Source: Amoeboradix gromovi X-113 (lineage: Eukaryota; Fungi; Sanchytriomycota). From it: 11,237 nt of DNA. Below the pieces are notes generated by a model that worked only from the letters and a program-made list of their open reading frames with translations, was not told where the DNA came from and made no database searches. The DNA lies in assembly GCA_018985225.1 (NCBI GenBank), contig JADGIF010000310.1, forward strand, positions 1 to 11,237. The letters run 5' to 3'. A program made the translations under genes and the position numbers. Of this stretch, positions 6,624-11,237 are shown piece by piece (the first letter of the stretch is position 1; every line of letters starts with the position of its first letter).

Positions 6624-9602
6624 ATGCACTTTTTACAAACCACGTCCCCCTGTTTTCATTCGGAATCAGGCATGGATAACATTATATCACTACCATTGCC
6701 ATGCGTATCAGCTATTTTAAGAATATGCAACAATTTTATTGTTCTAAGTACTGGTTATATGATTTTTATATATACTTTTAAAATGGAATTAAAACACAAA
6801 CTACATATCAAGCTAAATCCGATTTCAACCATGAAAGATCTGATAATTGGAATTAACAAGCAGCATGAGATCATATGCATCAGGATCAAGGATGTTATAA
6901 AGTTATGGACTGTTCAAAATCCTCATAAATTCAAAATCTGTCGTATCTTTACAGGTAGACAGTTTGCTACCCTTGATGTTAAAAATAACCTTTTTCTTCA
7001 TTCTGAGCAGATTTCTAAGAAAATAAGTATAATTGATACAGTTCTCGATGTAAAAATAATAAATAATGACATTTTGGTGCTGACCCGCAAATGCTTGAGA
7101 TACCTGAATAAATCAGTATACTTTGATTTTGAGATTGACTGTGGCCATATTTGCTTTCATGATAAATCTATATATGTAGTCGTAAATGGCAACTCCGTTG
7201 TAGAGTACAGTATTACTGATTTACTATATTGCAACAAATTCTCATTTAATCAAACTGTTTTGGCTACTCATTCCGTTGCCAAAGATGTTTTACTGTTTAT
7301 TACTAATTACATGTTCTTATTTCTTCGCAATGACAGGTTAACCGCGCAAAACCATAGCTTGTTAATCTGCCCTAAGTCAGTCAACAACAAGTTAGATTTT
7401 ACAGCATCTATTCAGCTCAATTCAGACTACTTGTTCATAGTTGGCCCAAAGTGTCTTTATTTATGGTCTTTGCCCACTTTTTATGATATATTGAACAAGT
7501 ATATATTGAAACAAGATTACTACAAACTATGTGAGTCAATAATAGACATGCATAATGACACGCTAAGTTCTTGTATTCGTACTCCAACTTATGGTGACAC
7601 TTTAAGACATTTGTTCAATTCTGTAATTAATGGCGTTTTGTCATTTTTGCCAGAGTCCAATGATTATGATTTGTATTATATACTGTTGAAAACCAGTGCT
7701 GTGTTAGGTAGCACTCTTATTTTTTCTAAATATGCTCAAAATAATTTTAAATTTCCTTTATTTTGTAACTCAATCTTGGCAGATTTGATAAGGGGCAAAT
7801 TGATCAGCTGGCTACCAGAAGACTTGAGCTATGCCTTAATAATATCGAGTGAATACCGTGATGATCTGCTGCTCTTGCTCAATCCTAATTGTCTTAATAT
7901 TCATGATCTGCTTATAAATTTGAATGATGCAAAATCCCTGGCAATAATATATCACCGTATATTAAATGATTACAATAAAGCTTTTGACTGTCTACTATCG
8001 GTCAACCACCCGTTTCTTTCGGAGTATACAACTTTTTTATTAAATGACTGTGATGTGTTTAATTCTTCGACAGCTAAATTTAACAAATCCTTTATTATGG
8101 AGTCAATTCCCAAATTGCACTCAATTAAAGTCGTATTCAATATAATAACTAGTAATGACGAATGGTACAATGCTGTTTATTTGTTTAGTCAATCTTTGTT
8201 AAATCCTTATCAACTATACGATTATTATACTTATTTGCTATATTTACCACATACCTGCCCCGACAAGTTGGTGATTGACATACTATCTTTTAATTCCTCT
8301 GATATCTGTGGGAACGCGAATGTAAAGTGTAATAACGCATTCATCACCTATTTCTATTTCAACAAGAACTGCTCAATCAATAACAACTATTTTTATTATT
8401 TTATGAGGACTTGCGACTACAAAAAGGCTGCAGAATACGCAAATCTAATAACTTTCCCAGAATGTGACAGTAGAAAAAGTGAGTTTAATTACTGGACACC
8501 GTGGTATGATCTGCTGTTTGGTTTACTCTTTGAACTCGTGCAGAACAAAATCAGCATGCCTATTTATTCTTTGATAAACATTCTATACAGTATCGATGCT
8601 AAAAGAACAGTTAAGCTGATCATTCAAAACATAAAAATTAATGAAAACTTGATAGTAGATGGTGCAAATCATGAGATATATAGTGACATTCTGGACGAGC
8701 TAATAGTAGAAGGATCAAATAACATACAGAGATATGCCAGAATATACTACCATAGCATTTTAACTGCCAATGAACTAATGCTGCCCAATGTAATGCTGAA
8801 ACTACAAATTCCGCTAGATTTAAGCTGTAACATGATTAAGGATCATACAACTCATTTGCTCGTTGTAATTATCAATTTAACCATCAATAAAGAGTATGAG
8901 AGTGCAATTTTAACGATAATTCAAAATATAGATAAACTGGGAGCACAGGCTGGAATACATTATGGATTGCAACATTATCACTGTATAAACAACATTGAAG
9001 AATACATGGGTATTTTGCTAATTCGGCATGATGAGATTAATTTTGCTGTAAACTGCGAGATATTTAGCACCTCTATTATTAGCAAATCAAGTCTAGTAAA
9101 CACTTTAATCGATATTGGAGATATGAACAAAGTACTTTTCAGTATTTATAAGAACACAGGGTCAATTGGCAAGGAACTACTTAAACACATTGATAATAAG
9201 CCTGAAGTTGGGTCTATTGAAAGAATCATGGTGCTGGATTATCTTGAGGGAATGAAGACTGTGAAAAAAACAGGAATCCGTGGAGATTGCTGCTTTATCT
9301 GTAAAACACCTGACAGGAACATAATTATTTTCCAAAACTGGGTAGTTTGCCATCAGTGCGTAGGTTTTGTTTACTATAAACACCATGGAACTATAAACAG
9401 GAACATGATGATAAACTACAATACTAAAAATTGTTCAGTAGATGCCGAATGCAGCGTAATTTTAAATAATATGATATTTAAACCGTCAATTAAAGTAAAT
9501 TTAGAAACTGAATCTATAGTAAGTACTAATGTGTTATCAATGGCTGTAACATCTAGAGAAGAGATGATAACTATTAGCGAACTCAGAAGAATACTCGAAT
9601 AA
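6624..9602 (+). CDS. VPS8: Divergent Vps8-like CORVET tethering complex subunit, 992 aa
   Basis: It has a beta-rich N-terminus, a central Vps8-like segment 'WLPEDL...LLLLLNPNCLNIHDLL...LAIIYHRILNDYNKAF..LL', a helical region, and a degenerate C-terminal RING 'GIRGDCCFICK...IIIFQNWVVCHQC'. Confidence 0.7.
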   Translation: MHFLQTTSPCFHSESGMDNIISLPLPCVSAILRICNNFIVLSTGYMIFIYTFKMELKHKLHIKLNPISTMKDLIIGINKQHEIICIRIKDVIKLWTVQNPHKFKICRIFTGRQFATLDVKNNLFLHSEQISKKISIIDTVLDVKIINNDILVLTRKCLRYLNKSVYFDFEIDCGHICFHDKSIYVVVNGNSVVEYSITDLLYCNKFSFNQTVLATHSVAKDVLLFITNYMFLFLRNDRLTAQNHSLLICPKSVNNKLDFTASIQLNSDYLFIVGPKCLYLWSLPTFYDILNKYILKQDYYKLCESIIDMHNDTLSSCIRTPTYGDTLRHLFNSVINGVLSFLPESNDYDLYYILLKTSAVLGSTLIFSKYAQNNFKFPLFCNSILADLIRGKLISWLPEDLSYALIISSEYRDDLLLLLNPNCLNIHDLLINLNDAKSLAIIYHRILNDYNKAFDCLLSVNHPFLSEYTTFLLNDCDVFNSSTAKFNKSFIMESIPKLHSIKVVFNIITSNDEWYNAVYLFSQSLLNPYQLYDYYTYLLYLPHTCPDKLVIDILSFNSSDICGNANVKCNNAFITYFYFNKNCSINNNYFYYFMRTCDYKKAAEYANLITFPECDSRKSEFNYWTPWYDLLFGLLFELVQNKISMPIYSLINILYSIDAKRTVKLIIQNIKINENLIVDGANHEIYSDILDELIVEGSNNIQRYARIYYHSILTANELMLPNVMLKLQIPLDLSCNMIKDHTTHLLVVIINLTINKEYESAILTIIQNIDKLGAQAGIHYGLQHYHCINNIEEYMGILLIRHDEINFAVNCEIFSTSIISKSSLVNTLIDIGDMNKVLFSIYKNTGSIGKELLKHIDNKPEVGSIERIMVLDYLEGMKTVKKTGIRGDCCFICKTPDRNIIIFQNWVVCHQCVGFVYYKHHGTINRNMMINYNTKNCSVDAECSVILNNMIFKPSIKVNLETESIVSTNVLSMAVTSREEMITISELRRILE

Positions 9603-9615
9603 ATAATTTAGTCTT

Positions 9616-11010
9616 TTATTTATTTAATCGCTTCACCGCATCTGCCAACAACCCGCTTCCAAATCCTGTACCTCGATCACTTTTAAATGAAGGTCCAGCG
9701 ATATCCAAATGAACCCAGTCAACCTGTTTGGTCAGATGAGACTCAACAAAGTGAGCAGCACAACTGCTGCTCGCATTAGCTCTGTCCTTTACACTATTTT
9801 TCATATCAGCTACTTTTGAATCAAACTCAGGTAGTAAGAGCTCAGGGCAGTAAATCATCGGAAACAATAATTCACCAGTAGCTTTACCAGACTCGATGAA
9901 TAAAGACTCCAAGTCTGTGCTGTTAGTTACCAATCCAGCATGAGTCTTTCCGGTTGCTGTTAACTGAGCACCAGTGAGTGTAGCAATATCAATCACAATT
10001 TGTGGATTTAAATGCTTGCAGCTATAAGCTACTCCATCTGCCAATACTAATCTACCTTCTGCGTCTGTGTTGTTGATTTCCACGGTTTTTCCGCTATACA
10101 TTGTGATAATGTCGTCGTTTCTAAAAGAATGAGCATCAACGCTGTTCTCAGCGATGCAGAGAACAGCATGGATGTTCTGTTTAACCTTGGAATGGACTAG
10201 ATTTAATAAAGCACCGACACAGGCAGCAGATCCGCCCATATCAGACTTCATCGAAGTCATATTACTGGTAGATTTGATGGACAGTCCACCAGAGTCATAA
10301 ACAATACCTTTGCCAACCAGACAAGTGGAAGGCAGAGATCTATCATTTCCATAATAACTGACTATCAGCAAAACAGGAGGAAAAGCAGCCCCCTTTCCGA
10401 CGTTCCATAGACCACCAAGGCCATTATTCTTTAGGTCCTCCCCCTTAAGTTCAGTAAACTCAACAGGAAGATCTTTAAAAACCGATCTTATACGCTCCGC
10501 GTATGCAGTAGTATACAACTCGTTGGGAGGAGTGTCTACTAATTCTGCAGACAGCTGGGTAGACTGAATAAAATTGGAAATCTCTTTCTTATCATCCATT
10601 TCAGATAGAAGATTAAATTTACCATCTGAAGACACAGCGATATCTAGAGATATATTGCCTGAGGGCTTTGTCGAAGTCTTGCGAGAGAACGTTGGGAAAT
10701 ATCGAGCAACGGAGATTGCAGTGGGGATAAGCCAGCTCTTATGAGGTACCACAACAAGAACTTCCTTATTCTCACCAATGTTACTTAACTGTTTTTCAAA
10801 CTGATCTTCTCGAAAAACACCAAGATTTCTTGACAACTTATTGTCAAATAAAACAACTTTTTGATCACCCATGGAAAACACTTGATTGACATGGTGAGCT
10901 GGCAGATTATTTTTGAAATATGAATTCAGAAGGTCCGAATGCTGCTTTGCACATATCACTAGGGACGGTTTTGTTAATGATTTCAATTGGACGAAAGACA
11001 TATGGGACAT
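9616..11010 (-). CDS. NPEPL1: M17 leucyl aminopeptidase, NPEPL1-like, 464 aa (start may be the second ATG at 11001)
   Basis: Metal-binding motifs 'VGKGIVYDSGGLSIK', 'MKSDMGG', 'NTDAEGRLVLADG', 'DIATLTGA' and 'HLDIAG' are present, along with the NPEPL1-type segment 'YCPELL..EF.SKVADMKNSV.DR.NA'. Confidence 0.93.
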   Translation of the reverse strand: MSHMSFVQLKSLTKPSLVICAKQHSDLLNSYFKNNLPAHHVNQVFSMGDQKVVLFDNKLSRNLGVFREDQFEKQLSNIGENKEVLVVVPHKSWLIPTAISVARYFPTFSRKTSTKPSGNISLDIAVSSDGKFNLLSEMDDKKEISNFIQSTQLSAELVDTPPNELYTTAYAERIRSVFKDLPVEFTELKGEDLKNNGLGGLWNVGKGAAFPPVLLIVSYYGNDRSLPSTCLVGKGIVYDSGGLSIKSTSNMTSMKSDMGGSAACVGALLNLVHSKVKQNIHAVLCIAENSVDAHSFRNDDIITMYSGKTVEINNTDAEGRLVLADGVAYSCKHLNPQIVIDIATLTGAQLTATGKTHAGLVTNSTDLESLFIESGKATGELLFPMIYCPELLLPEFDSKVADMKNSVKDRANASSSCAAHFVESHLTKQVDWVHLDIAGPSFKSDRGTGFGSGLLADAVKRLNK

Positions 11011-11036
11011 TCTATATGAAATGCACTCTGGGGTAA
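11000..11036 (-). promoter_or_regulatory. Third copy of the bipartite TTACCC...TGTCCCATAT element, at the aminopeptidase start
   Basis: The minus strand reads TTACCCCAGAGTGCATTTCATATAGAATGTCCCATAT, with the same two blocks and near-identical spacing as the copies at 32-68 and 84-122. Confidence 0.55.
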
Positions 11037-11237
11037 GAGGGGATCATAAAAAGAAAAACACAACAGATGAGACATGCTCTACAAAAACTAGACAAAACAA
11101 AATGTATCCAAATTTCAAAAATAAATATTCTGTACAGCTATTCTCTTGCTCTTTCATCCAGCCTTTATTTTAGATTTGTACGGTAACTATTGACTTTATG
11201 ATTTCAAATACAATTCAATCAGAGTTGAAAGAAGAGG

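Noticed and set aside
176-11173. Short antisense or nested ORFs (176-370, 1236-1514, 1605-1901, 2848-3231, 6532-6720, 7970-8170, 9177-9386, 10913-11173)
   Set aside because: They lie within or overlap well-supported genes and show no recognisable motifs.

Overview
AT-rich, very gene-dense eukaryotic nuclear DNA read in the standard code; it looks like a compact fungal-like or protist genome (inference). Five housekeeping genes are present: NAA15/NAT1, ARH1/FDXR, a C2-domain protein with a Gln/Gly/Pro/Tyr repeat tail, a VPS8-like gene and an NPEPL1-type M17 aminopeptidase. Two of them are split by ultra-short 19-20 nt GT-AG introns that the ORF track misses. The apparently empty 2.3 kb between the C2 gene and VPS8 hides a decayed Fanzor/TnpB RNA-guided nuclease on the minus strand (about 4587-5000). 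It retains the rearranged RuvC-II, a CxxC/CxxC zinc finger and DRD...AAKNI RuvC-III. Its 3' end, the expected omegaRNA region, recurs about 1.1 kb away in the opposite orientation as a ~75% identical stand-alone copy with conserved hairpins. A CCCC motif precedes most start codons, and a ~38-bp bipartite element (TTACCC...TGTCCCATAT) occurs three times at gene 5' ends.
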